Origin: Nitrospirota bacterium
Lineage (GTDB): Bacteria; Nitrospirota; Thermodesulfovibrionia; Thermodesulfovibrionales; JdFR-86
NCBI GenBank assembly: GCA_016207905.1
Contig: JACQZC010000045.1
Span: 3,614-67,613 of the forward strand
Direction: 5' to 3'
Length of the DNA stretch: 64,000 nt
Below the pieces are notes generated by a model. It was given only the letters and a program-made list of their open reading frames with translations, ran no database searches and was not told where the DNA came from. Position numbers and translations under genes: made by a program. Positions 48,501-56,557 of the stretch are shown here, piece by piece. The number at the start of each line of letters is the position of its first letter. Position 1 is the first letter of the stretch.

Positions 48501-49438
48501 CTTATTAAGCCGTCAAGAGGCTTTTTTGGTTTTTTTGCCCTTAAAAGCTCCATTAGAGTCTCAAGATAAAAATCCCCTTTCAGAGCCATATCTACAAACG
48601 GCATGGTGATGTCCTTTTGAAGTTTTATAGTGCCATTTGCGTATATCCTTCCCTCGCCTCTTCTTTTTAGTCCGAATATCTTTTTGATTGAATCCACAAG
48701 GACATTTAGCGTTACAGAGAAACTGCCTGTTTCGTCCGTATAAAAACCCGTGCTATTCATCAAAGAGCCATAAGAGGTTATCTTAAGTGCCTTGAGGTCA
48801 ACGCCATCCTTTCTGAGGATGGCGTTTCCATTAGCCTCGGCTTTTATCTCAGGCCAGTTCTTAAATGTCCCTGAAAGCTCCGAGGCAGAAAAGCTCACAT
48901 CAGGTGCCTCCCTTATATTTATATCTGCATTTACTCCCTTTCCTGAGGCAGTGAGCAGGTTTGCCTCATCATAAAAAGAAAACCCCGAGTCTTTAATCTC
49001 AACTGTCTTTACCCTGACCTTGACTATTCTTTTTCTGTTTGCATAGCTCTTAAGGTTTTTCAATACATCTTCTGCATCTGCCCTTGTTGTGGATACCTGA
49101 GCAGTGCCAATATAAAGCCTGCTTATCTCGAATTCGCCCCTTAGGATTCCAGAAAGCCCTATGTATGATTTTATAGTGTCTGCACTAAAAAGCCTTTTGC
49201 CCTGCTCGTTAAACATCTTTATATCCGTTACGCCGATAAAAAAAGGGAATATGTTTATATACATCTTCTGAGCAATCACCTGATTGCCTGTTGCGGTTTG
49301 AAGCTGTCGCTGGATGACCTTCTTAAGGAAATTAGAAGTATAAGGGCCCCTTAGGGCAAATGTAACCGTTCCTGCAAGGAAGAGTAAAAGCAGGATGCAT
49401 ATCGACTTCTTAAGTCCTAACCTTTTAAATATGCCCAC
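45503..49438 (-). CDS. tamB: translocation and assembly module protein TamB (AsmA-like, DUF490 C-terminus)
   Basis: 1311 aa with an N-terminal TM anchor, a long beta-rich repetitive body, and a DUF490-like C-terminus. Its stop overlaps the bamA start (ATGA). Confidence 0.85.
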   Translation of the reverse strand: MGIFKRLGLKKSICILLLLFLAGTVTFALRGPYTSNFLKKVIQRQLQTATGNQVIAQKMYINIFPFFIGVTDIKMFNEQGKRLFSADTIKSYIGLSGILRGEFEISRLYIGTAQVSTTRADAEDVLKNLKSYANRKRIVKVRVKTVEIKDSGFSFYDEANLLTASGKGVNADINIREAPDVSFSASELSGTFKNWPEIKAEANGNAILRKDGVDLKALKITSYGSLMNSTGFYTDETGSFSVTLNVLVDSIKKIFGLKRRGEGRIYANGTIKLQKDITMPFVDMALKGDFYLETLMELLRAKKPKKPLDGLISFRGNLTGNINDIKGNADARLKKGTLFGVKVDDLKCSVSYEDGSMKFKNGIARLYNGKGTLEASMSIPKGKPYSVMVRVRDVDSPPLIELIKVSRLRLPSGKVTGELYSSGYAFNPKGRFSFVSVETLNHPLGRIKYADGSFQMTDRVLSLSEISIKTAESDALISGTLNLNSKTIEMSGTGITSDVFDLMSPYFKRLTGQAEIGGKVTGTFDDPLVEMDVISSGARLDDYAIGNVVSSFSYRKSLLEIRQLIGLGEGGEISAKGKVMFPSALKVFDLKEPDYDLSVSVQKADLGGLIKVLKTDIPSKGSLSSDLTIKGTAPLISGSAQLKDVELYDIPISTASFRYCYDLNDFNVDNAIFRQAESSLSLKGRFSRNKDFSFTASSTRLHLKDLLRKPIIVNYALNFLMEGRGSFDNPQVSLKGWLSEGIFKGKAIGDGILKAELKGRDVFLDAKVLDGMLGIKANATLAEELPWSAEVDIGSGRYDFLLFSFLRDVPADSALTMKGSVYLKGTKNHIEADAGLSYLNVAMFGQEIINDSEVRLKVFDRKVSLLKTVMRSGDASFSIAGAVEVGRNYDISIEGKSPLSILKGVSNRISILRGTSDFMLTLEGDWENPVINGSLSVSDGTVALKGIPQHLTAINAYLTVEGRRIVFQRAHARFGGGEIGLKGMISLSGFEIERLYLDTEIKDITASISKDFSVNLGGNLVLKGTAQSQDITGELTINRARYRESFEWKSWLISSKKTKQAGKPSPYLDRMNLSVRVSGSDNITVDNNIARASLKVDMVLKGTVGSPLLFGRIEAKDGRVYFRNSEFQILTATADYAEHLRAGPFFGIIAETFSKGYHIRLSLEGQVDRFHMSLYSDPPLGEIEILSLLTVGDFGENLKGLEGSIGAAEAASFLTGKYQDVIEERLKDITGIDRATIDPYISKSSGSIVPRVTVTKKLLGERLFATYSTAVGAQEQVLKLEYFLAGNVSLVGLRDERGSVGGDIKFRFQFK

Positions 49439-49679
49439 CCATAGCCTCCACCATAATAGTATACATATATGAGTAAGCTAAGGGTATAAATGTCAATTAT
49501 TTCTTATTCCTGAGCTTTGCCCCAAACCCCAGTTGCTTTAGGTGAAGCGCATCTGCGATGTCCTTCATGCCCAAGAAAAGTAACCAAAAGAATCGCACCC
49601 ATGAAAATTTCGGTCTCTGACCACTGAAATTTTCTAAAGGGGGCTATCAAGCCAATTTAGAAATGTTGCCTTTTCTTCC

Positions 49680-50021
49680 TTACGGCTGTTCAATTAGCTT
49701 GAGGATGGATTCCTTAACCTTTGCAAAAATTTCGTGCTTTACCCTACCAAATGTCTTCAGGACTATTAACTTATTCAGGGCATATATCTTGTCAGCCCTT
49801 ATCATGCTTGTGACCTTTAAGTTGCCTTCCTCTAAATCATCTGCAGTCAATATGACGGTAAAATCTCGAGGCTCAACATTTGAAGTAAGGGCAACTACTA
49901 CAATATCTTCGTTAGCTTCATTGTATTTATCTGAGGAGATTATAACAGCAGGTCGTTTTTTCTGAGATGTCAGATTTGTAAACGGTATAGGGATAAGGAC
50001 TATATCCCTTTGTTTAAGCAT
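49680..50021 (-). CDS. mazF: MazF/PemK-family type II toxin (endoribonuclease)
   Basis: MLKQRDIVLIPIPFTNLTSQKKRPAVIIS...VVVALTSN...SMIRADKIYALNK is the PemK/MazF pattern. Confidence 0.8.
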   Translation of the reverse strand: MLKQRDIVLIPIPFTNLTSQKKRPAVIISSDKYNEANEDIVVVALTSNVEPRDFTVILTADDLEEGNLKVTSMIRADKIYALNKLIVLKTFGRVKHEIFAKVKESILKLIEQP

Positions 50022-50211
50022 TGTTCCAGATAGCGTCGTCTATTGGATTGTCCCAGAATTTAAGGCTGCTTTCTGCTGCCTGCATCATCTCAAAGGATTC
50101 CTCATCAGGCAGTATGATAACCTCAACCTTTGCTCCTTCAGGAAATGGTAGCTTTGGTAAATCTATCGTGCCGTTTTCCTTAATAACAGAATGATATTTA
50201 TATGCCTTCAT
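50014..50211 (-). CDS. type II antitoxin partner of the MazF-like toxin
   Basis: A 65-aa ORF overlapping the toxin start by 8 nt. It has an N-terminal swapped-hairpin-like segment (GTIDLP...PEGAKVEVIILP) and an acidic tail ending FWDNPIDDAIWNNA. Confidence 0.65.
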   Translation of the reverse strand: MKAYKYHSVIKENGTIDLPKLPFPEGAKVEVIILPDEESFEMMQAAESSLKFWDNPIDDAIWNNA

Positions 50212-50463
50212 CCTTGCCTCCTCTGTCTCTATTTTACCTTAATCCTTCTTTAAAATCACCGGGCATGCTAAAAAAAGTTAGTGCCCTCAAAAATGTACTT
50301 GTCCCTATTGTTCTCTACTATTGTTCTATTGTTCGGCTTCCATCTGCAACAAAAGAAAAATTAGAAGTGATGCTGGCATAAAAAGTTAGGGGGGAGGGAA
50401 GAACAAGTGAGCCGTTTTTTTCTTTTTTTTACCATTTCGTCCCTATTTACCATTTATTTTTAC

Positions 50464-51294
50464 CTAACCTGTAATCTTGGGCCTTTCTTTTGCATCTATT
50501 TTGTCTTTGCGTTTACTGGTTAATTTCTTTATTGATTCTTCGGCTGGCAAATCTTCTGGCATTGTTCCACCGAGTTTTTTAATAGTGGCACGGACTTCCG
50601 CGCCTACTTTCTGATGTGTATTAATAGCACCCCTTTCATTATTTATGCTATCTCGGATAAGCTTTTCTTCGGTCTGTGTGATTCTAAACTCATTTGCAGC
50701 CAATTCGGTTCTTCCTGCACAATCAAGCAGGTCTTCCTTAGAAGGTATATTCTTTTTCTGCTTTATTTCAGCTAACCCCATTTCATAGAGACCTCTATAA
50801 CCAGCACTATGAAATAAAGCGTATTTTTGAACACCAGCGTTTTGAGCGGTGCTTGTTAAACTAAGATTTGCATTTTTGACTCGTTCTCTAAGCTGAAGAC
50901 GCCGTTCATCTGCTGTAAGTTTGTCATATTTTTCCTGTCGCCGAGTTTGGATAGCAAAATAGGTTTGTGCTATGCCTATTTCCGGCTTACTACTATCACC
51001 ATTCATTGCAATTAGATAGCAAGCATATCTCGTGAGAAAATAGTCTCCTTTTTTTCGTTGAGCGCCACTCCCTATTAAGACCATTTTCATGGTATCAAGA
51101 AAATGGTCATTAGGGTCAATTCCTGTGCTTTCACATGCCATACGGGCTTTTTGGATTACCTTCTGAAAATTTTCCCATGAGGAGTATCCAAGAATTTGTT
51201 GAATATCACGCCCCATCCAGTATTCCCCACCGTTTTTTGTAGACTTCCTTGCATTGTCTAACTGCCTGATTATCTTATCTAAATCTTCTTCCAT
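50464..51294 (-). CDS. dinD: DNA-damage-inducible protein D
   Basis: Strong resemblance to E. coli DinD as I recall it (TYFAIQTRRQE, GRTELAANEFRITQTEEKL, LGGTMPEDLP). Confidence 0.85.
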   Translation of the reverse strand: MEEDLDKIIRQLDNARKSTKNGGEYWMGRDIQQILGYSSWENFQKVIQKARMACESTGIDPNDHFLDTMKMVLIGSGAQRKKGDYFLTRYACYLIAMNGDSSKPEIGIAQTYFAIQTRRQEKYDKLTADERRLQLRERVKNANLSLTSTAQNAGVQKYALFHSAGYRGLYEMGLAEIKQKKNIPSKEDLLDCAGRTELAANEFRITQTEEKLIRDSINNERGAINTHQKVGAEVRATIKKLGGTMPEDLPAEESIKKLTSKRKDKIDAKERPKITG

Positions 51295-51365
51295 AACAAA
51301 CCTCCAAAATTAAAGTATGGGGTAATATAGCATGCTTCAATAATTAAATGCAACATATTTTTTAC

Positions 51366-51395
51366 TTGACACCATATTTTCCTGTATGGTATCAT
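51366..51395 (+). promoter_or_regulatory. candidate sigma70 promoter
   Basis: TTGACA (51366-51371), an 18-nt spacer, then TATCAT (51390-51395). The track's ATG at 51386 falls inside it, which favours the downstream ATG at 51419 as the start. Confidence 0.4.
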
Positions 51396-51418
51396 TTTCT
51401 AAAAAAAGAGAGGGGAAT

Positions 51419-51865
51419 ATGGGTATAAGAGCAAAGTTTGAGGAAAAGATTAAACGGAAAGAACAGGAAATACAAGAGTATGAGGGTAAAATTAGGGAAG
51501 CTAAAGCCTATCTTCAAGCTCTGCAAGATTCATTAAAACTCCTACCAAGAGAGGGGAAAAATGTTTCTATTGAAAGCATACTACGACCCGGAAGTAATAT
51601 TGCCAAAACATATGAATTTCTCAAGAAAATAGGTAAGCCTCTGCATATTACTGAGATTCTAAAGGGAATTGGGAAAAGCACATCTAAGAAAGATAGAATA
51701 GCTCTTAGTGGTTCTTTGGGTTGGTATGTAAGAAGAAAAGAAATTTTTACTCGTCCTGCCCCTAATACTTTTGGATTAATAGAAAGCGGAGAAGAACCTC
51801 CCGAAGACTTTGGATTAGATAAAAAAGAAGAAAAAGAAAGTAATGTTGATATAGAACCTTTCTGA
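51419..51865 (+). CDS. coiled-coil + winged-helix protein, HARE-HTH-like
   Basis: GAGAGGGG lies upstream of the ATG at 51419. A coiled-coil N-terminus is followed by IAKTYEFLKKIGKPLHITEILKGI...LSGSLGWYVRRKEIFTRPAPNTFGLIE, which resembles the HARE-HTH domain found in restriction-associated proteins. Confidence 0.5.
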   Translation: MGIRAKFEEKIKRKEQEIQEYEGKIREAKAYLQALQDSLKLLPREGKNVSIESILRPGSNIAKTYEFLKKIGKPLHITEILKGIGKSTSKKDRIALSGSLGWYVRRKEIFTRPAPNTFGLIESGEEPPEDFGLDKKEEKESNVDIEPF

Positions 51866-51933
51866 GATAAATATTATAGGAAGAAAAAATTCTTGAATAA
51901 AAAGTATGTTATTTTCTGTAGCTTCTCCGCAGA

Positions 51934-53361
51934 TTAAAACTCCAGCACTTCACTCACAGGTTTTACACCCTGAGCCTGCTTATAGGGAGATATACTAAAC
52001 TGGATGGGTATATTAACTCGCTTGGCATCTAAGATGTCCTTTATCGTATAAATCTGTATCTTGGGATAATTCTTTTTTGTTAAATTTGATTTATAAAACC
52101 CTTCTGTTGTAGCCTCTCTTATCATTGGTGTAGTAGGGTCTTCCAAAGTCAGAAGTATCCCTAAAACCGCAGATTCTCTTTTTATCACCTGGCCTAACTC
52201 TCTTATATCCTTGACAGAGACCTTTCCACTTTTAACAGATACTATAGCCTTCTTGACTTCCTTCTTATCATCCATGAAAAAGATATAACCATCTATGCCT
52301 GTATCAGCACCTTTTTTCTTATCACCATATGGTCTTGCACTAATCAATGACAAAGCCCACCACTGAAACTGATAACGGTTCTGAGAGGCAAGCTCCATTG
52401 CTCCTGAGAGGTCTTCAGGCTCACCAATGACTTTGTAGTCTTTTTTAGGTTTTAATCCGAACATATCTTTTAATCGCCACTTTATAAGGTTTATTGCAAG
52501 ATGGGTTATATCAATGCCGAGCCATTTGCGGTTAAGTTTTTGTGCAACTGCATTGGCAGTTCCACAGCCACAGAATGGGTCAAGAACAATATCACCCTTA
52601 TTTGAGGAAGCCTTGATGATTTTTTCTAAAAGTGCTTCTGGTTTTTGAGTCGGATAACCGAGACGCTCTTTAGCCATTGCATTTATTGTCGGTATTTTCC
52701 AAACATCGGAAGGATGTCTATGCTGTCCAGTTGACCTTGTAGCGGTGAGACTCCCAGTAGCAATTCTTCTTAAAACTTCATCACTTCTCTTTTCCATAAC
52801 TTCTTTTGGTCTAAAGATATATTTATCACTTTTTGAATATCTAAATATAATGTCGTGCTTTCGGGAAAAGTCCTTTTTAGGGATGCCTCCCGTTTCATAC
52901 CACCATATAACTTCATTTCTAAAATTCTTTTTCCCGAATATTGTATCCATTAATATTTTTAAATAATGGCTTGCAGTGGGGTCGCAATGTAGATAAATTG
53001 AGCCAGTATTTTTAAGAACCCTTTTTAGCTCTAAAAGGCGTATGCACATCATTGTGAGATATGCCATTACATCATTAGGCTTTATGAACTGTCTGAATGC
53101 CTTCATCATTTCAACCACACTGGTAGGTGCGGTGTCAACTATCTCCTGAAATGTCCTTTCTGTTTCCTCTGTCCAGTGCCATGTATCTTCAAAGGCTGTA
53201 ATTTGAGCTTTTGATGGCTCACCTGCTGGCTCTGCAAAAAGGATGTTGTAATATGTCTTTGAATTAAAAGGAGGGTCTAAGTAAATCAGGTCAATGGAAT
53301 TGTCAGGGATATGGGTTCTCAGGACATTAAGGTTGTCGCCATAGTAAAGGGTATTTTCCAT
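51934..53361 (-). CDS. beta-class N4/N6 DNA methyltransferase (PF01555-like) fused to a C-terminal Mrr-like PD-(D/E)xK-fold domain
   Basis: Motif IV IDLIYLDPPFNS lies N-terminal to motif I DPFCGCGT, the beta-class order. The C-terminal 140 aa contain GADTGIDGYIFF...AIVSVKSGK, resembling the Mrr catalytic core. Confidence 0.88.
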   Translation of the reverse strand: MENTLYYGDNLNVLRTHIPDNSIDLIYLDPPFNSKTYYNILFAEPAGEPSKAQITAFEDTWHWTEETERTFQEIVDTAPTSVVEMMKAFRQFIKPNDVMAYLTMMCIRLLELKRVLKNTGSIYLHCDPTASHYLKILMDTIFGKKNFRNEVIWWYETGGIPKKDFSRKHDIIFRYSKSDKYIFRPKEVMEKRSDEVLRRIATGSLTATRSTGQHRHPSDVWKIPTINAMAKERLGYPTQKPEALLEKIIKASSNKGDIVLDPFCGCGTANAVAQKLNRKWLGIDITHLAINLIKWRLKDMFGLKPKKDYKVIGEPEDLSGAMELASQNRYQFQWWALSLISARPYGDKKKGADTGIDGYIFFMDDKKEVKKAIVSVKSGKVSVKDIRELGQVIKRESAVLGILLTLEDPTTPMIREATTEGFYKSNLTKKNYPKIQIYTIKDILDAKRVNIPIQFSISPYKQAQGVKPVSEVLEF

Positions 53362-53463
53362 CCCAAATCAATTATATAAAATTTTGAAATTTTTTTGTAA
53401 GTTACTTTGTATGAGTAAAGGGGGAAAGAGGGGGATTTAGAGAAAGGGGACTAATGTCAAAAT

Positions 53464-53560
53464 GAGATTCTGAAATAAATTCAGAATGACAGGCTGAGAT
53501 TGCTTCGGCAAGCCTCGCAATGACAAGGAAGAGGATGGATTCTGGACAAGCCAGAATGAC
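53464..53560 (+). repeat. three tandem REP-like hairpin units, each ending in AATGAC
   Basis: Unit A at 53464-53490 (ATTCTGAA/TTCAGAAT stem), unit B at 53496-53524 (GAGATTGCTTCGGCAAGCCTCGCAATGAC), unit C at about 53536-53560 (ATTCTGG/CCAGAAT stem). A related unit on the opposite strand lies at 60853-60882. Confidence 0.6.
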
Positions 53561-53580
53561 GCGATGTGGAAATGGACATA

Positions 53581-53635
53581 GTGAAACATTTCATATGAAA
53601 TACTTCAGGTGAAACATTTCAAGTGAAACATTTCA
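53581..53635 (+). promoter_or_regulatory. three exact 13-bp direct repeats (GTGAAACATTTCA) plus a 14-bp palindrome upstream of the HTH gene
   Basis: Copies at 53581-53593, 53609-53621 and 53623-53635, with spacing in multiples of 14 bp. The palindrome ATTTCATATGAAAT is at 53588-53601. TTGACT at 53638-53643 follows directly. Confidence 0.65.
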
Positions 53636-53668
53636 TATTGACTGCTTCATCCCCTTTTGATTTAAGCT

Positions 53669-54085
53669 ATGACAGGGCGACATATGAATAAAAAAATCTC
53701 AAAAGAAAAAAGGCTGAGTGCAAGGCTGATGCTTTTAGAGGGAAGGTCCTATAGAGAAATTGCCTCTGAACTTCAGGTAAGCGTTGGAAGCATCCATAAC
53801 ATCGTAAAAGAAACGCCTGAAAATTTAAGCCCTCTTATAAGTGAGATTAAAAAAAGAACTGCCATAAAATACTGGCTCCTTTCAGACCACATCCTAAGCA
53901 GAATAAGTGAGCTGAACCTGACATATGCCACACTTAAAGACAAGGTCATTGCCTCTGCAATACTCATGGACAAGGCAAGGCTTATAGAGGGTGAGAAAGT
54001 AAAGGATGACAACAGAGTTGATTTGAACAATTTGAACATGATTGAACGCTCTAACGATAAAAATGAAGATAATTCAAGCACTTAG
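53669..54085 (+). CDS. helix-turn-helix DNA-binding protein (resolvase/sigma70-region-4-like HTH)
   Basis: LMLLEGRSYREIASELQVSVGSIHNIV is a clear HTH. The remainder is helical with an acidic tail. An alternative start is at 53684. Confidence 0.6.
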   Translation: MTGRHMNKKISKEKRLSARLMLLEGRSYREIASELQVSVGSIHNIVKETPENLSPLISEIKKRTAIKYWLLSDHILSRISELNLTYATLKDKVIASAILMDKARLIEGEKVKDDNRVDLNNLNMIERSNDKNEDNSST

Positions 54086-54206
54086 GGAATTCAACTTGAA
54101 CCTATAAAAAAAGGAGATGGCAACGATTTCAGAAGATTTTACACTACCCATGAAAATAATTCTCCTCGCAGACACCACATTGTCTTTTTAATGTAAAATA
54201 TAGCCT

Positions 54207-55397
54207 ATGAAGGAACCCGTTAGCTTTTCCGCCTTTTATTTCAAAGACTTCAGGCTTTTCTGGGTAGGACAGATAGTATCGTATTCAGGCACATGGATGC
54301 ACTCAACTGCACAGGGCTGGCTTGTTTATTCCCTTACGAAGTCCCCTTTTTATCTTGGCATTGTGTCTGCGGCTGGCTCTCTGCCTGTGCTTTTTTTTAC
54401 CCTCGTAGGAGGGGTTGTCGCAGACAGGGTTGCAAAAAGGAATCTTCTTCTTCTGACCAGTGCCCTTTCAATGATTCCAGCAGTCCTGATAGGTGCACTG
54501 ACGAGCATAGAAATCATTAGTGTTTGGCATGTCATGGCACTGGCAGTGTTTTTAGGCACGGTTAATGCTTTTGATTTGCCTGCAAGACAGTCCTTTTTGG
54601 TCGAGATGGTGGAAAGGGGCAATCTCTTGAATGCAATAGCACTTAATTCAGCCGCATTTAATGGTGCAAGAATCATAGGTCCTATAATAGCAGGCATGAC
54701 CATTGCTTATATAGGGCTTCCTGCATGCTTTTACCTAAATGCCCTGAGCTTTGTTGCAGTCATCATTGCCCTTTCGATGATAAAGGCAAAGGGAGAAAAG
54801 AGGGAAACAAGAGGGCTTATGAAAGAACTGTGTGAGGGAATGAGGTTTGTAAAGGGAGAGCCTCAGGTTCGGAAGGTCATGCTTAGTGTAGCAGTCTTCA
54901 GCCTGTTTGCAATACCGTTTATAACGCTTCTTCCTGTGTTTGCAGAAGAGATATTGGATGTTGGCGTAAAGGGGCTTGGTTTTCTTTCGGGCTCAGCAGG
55001 TGGAGGTGCCTTTACAGCAGCCATGATGCTTGCATTTATAGGAGATATAAAAGAAAAGCAGAAACTGCAAAGGCTGACTACTATGCTTTTGCCAATCTCT
55101 TTGATTATATTTTCTCTTTCAAAAAACTACTATCTTTCGATGGCATCTCTGGTTGTTACGGGCTGGGCGGTTGTAACATTCTTAGCCATATCGAACAGCT
55201 ATATCCAGCTTAAAACCCCTGATGGCTTGAGGGGAAGGGTTATGAGCCTTTATACATTAGTGTTTTTAGGTATGGCTCCAATAGGAAACAGCTTAATTGG
55301 CATTGTGGCAGATATGTTTGGCTCTGCTATGGCAGTTACGGTTGGCTCAAGCATTTGTCTTTTAGCATCTGCAATTATAATGGGGAAAAGGACATGA
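54207..55397 (+). CDS. MFS transporter (EntS/MFS_3-like)
   Basis: 396 aa with about 12 TM helices and an N-terminal F..FRLFW.GQ..S..G.W pattern typical of this subfamily. Confidence 0.85.
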   Translation: MKEPVSFSAFYFKDFRLFWVGQIVSYSGTWMHSTAQGWLVYSLTKSPFYLGIVSAAGSLPVLFFTLVGGVVADRVAKRNLLLLTSALSMIPAVLIGALTSIEIISVWHVMALAVFLGTVNAFDLPARQSFLVEMVERGNLLNAIALNSAAFNGARIIGPIIAGMTIAYIGLPACFYLNALSFVAVIIALSMIKAKGEKRETRGLMKELCEGMRFVKGEPQVRKVMLSVAVFSLFAIPFITLLPVFAEEILDVGVKGLGFLSGSAGGGAFTAAMMLAFIGDIKEKQKLQRLTTMLLPISLIIFSLSKNYYLSMASLVVTGWAVVTFLAISNSYIQLKTPDGLRGRVMSLYTLVFLGMAPIGNSLIGIVADMFGSAMAVTVGSSICLLASAIIMGKRT

Positions 55398-56086
55398 AGG
55401 TGCTTGCCATAGAGACCTCGACAATGACAGGTGGAGCCGCTGTAATGGACGATGCTCAGGGCATTATCATGGAAGTGAGATTTACTGTCAGCGAAGGACA
55501 CTCAGAGAGGCTGATGGTTGAAATCGACCACTGCCTCAAAGAGGTAGGCATTACCGTTTCTGATATGGATGCCCTTTCAGTGTCCATTGGTCCGGGCTCT
55601 TTTACAGGGCTAAGAATAGGTCTGAGCACTGTAAAAGGCTTTTCGTATGCAACAGGCATTCCAGTAGTGGCAGTGCCGACATTGGAGGCATTTTCGTGGA
55701 ATTTTCCCATGAGCCCATACCCCGTGTGTCCGCTCCTCGATGCAAGGAAAAAAGAGGTCTATGCAGGTGTGTTTCTCTGGAACAAAGACGGATTCTGTAG
55801 AGCCCTTTCCGAGACATCCATAAAGATAAGGGAATTGACAGACCTTCTTAAAGAGCATGAAAGGGTTATGTTTGCAGGCCAAGGAGCCTTGCTTTATAAA
55901 AAGGAAATCTTAGAGGCACTCGGTGATAGGGCAATATTTCCCCCTCCTCATCTAAATGTCCCACTTGCTTCTGCCACAGCATACCTGGGGATGAAAAAGG
56001 CACTCTGTGGACAATTCGATAACCCCTTGACCCTGAGTCCCTTTTACCTAAGAAAGGCAGAGGCAGAGCTAAAGTTAATGTCCTGA
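55394..56086 (+). CDS. tsaB: tRNA threonylcarbamoyladenosine biosynthesis protein TsaB
   Basis: MKVLAIETST...GPGSFTGLRIGLSTVKG. The ATG at 55394 overlaps the MFS stop (ATGA). Confidence 0.9.
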   Translation: MKVLAIETSTMTGGAAVMDDAQGIIMEVRFTVSEGHSERLMVEIDHCLKEVGITVSDMDALSVSIGPGSFTGLRIGLSTVKGFSYATGIPVVAVPTLEAFSWNFPMSPYPVCPLLDARKKEVYAGVFLWNKDGFCRALSETSIKIRELTDLLKEHERVMFAGQGALLYKKEILEALGDRAIFPPPHLNVPLASATAYLGMKKALCGQFDNPLTLSPFYLRKAEAELKLMS

Positions 56087-56557
56087 ATGAGAGAAGTCAT
56101 CATCCAAAAGATGCAGAGACACCATATCTTAGAGATACTGGAGATAGAGAGATTGTCCTTCAGCACACCATGGTCAGAGGCATCTTTTTATAACGAGACA
56201 TATAACCCGAATTCGCTCTCGTATACAGCAGAATTGGAGTCAAATGTAGTAGGGTATATATGCGTAAGACATATTGCGGATGAAGCCCATATACTTAATC
56301 TTGCGGTCAGGCCTGACATGAGAAGGCAGGGTATAGCAAGGGCACTTGTCCTTAAAGCCCTCGAAGAGTTGAGTGAGACTCAATGTAAGACAGTATACCT
56401 TGAGGTCAGGGCCTCTAATTATCAAGCAAGGGCGCTTTATGAGTCATTTGGCTTTAAGGTTGTGGGGATAAGAAAATCCTATTATGAATTCCCAAAAGAG
56501 GATGCAGTTGTGATGGCTTTTAGCCTTTCCTCAAGGACATCTCAGTCATATCCTTGA
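56087..56557 (+). CDS. rimI: ribosomal-protein-alanine N-acetyltransferase
   Basis: GNAT fold (RRQGIARALV, VYLEVRASNYQARALYESFGF). The tsaB-rimI adjacency is conserved. Confidence 0.88.
   Translation: MREVIIQKMQRHHILEILEIERLSFSTPWSEASFYNETYNPNSLSYTAELESNVVGYICVRHIADEAHILNLAVRPDMRRQGIARALVLKALEELSETQCKTVYLEVRASNYQARALYESFGFKVVGIRKSYYEFPKEDAVVMAFSLSSRTSQSYP

Noticed and set aside
49439-49679. Spacer downstream of mazF: short ORFs and a 9-bp inverted repeat (GAAAATTTC-N14-GAAATTTTC at 49603-49634)
   Set aside because: The ORFs are about 30 codons, lack an SD, and read like translated repeat junk. The inverted repeat is AT-rich with no U-tract, so it is not a convincing terminator. I looked for an att site or tRNA fragment and found none.
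54128-54199. 23-codon ORF (MATISEDFTLPMKIILLADTTLSF) after AAGGAG
   Set aside because: The SD abuts the ATG with zero spacing, and the ORF is tiny and unconserved-looking. It is probably chance.
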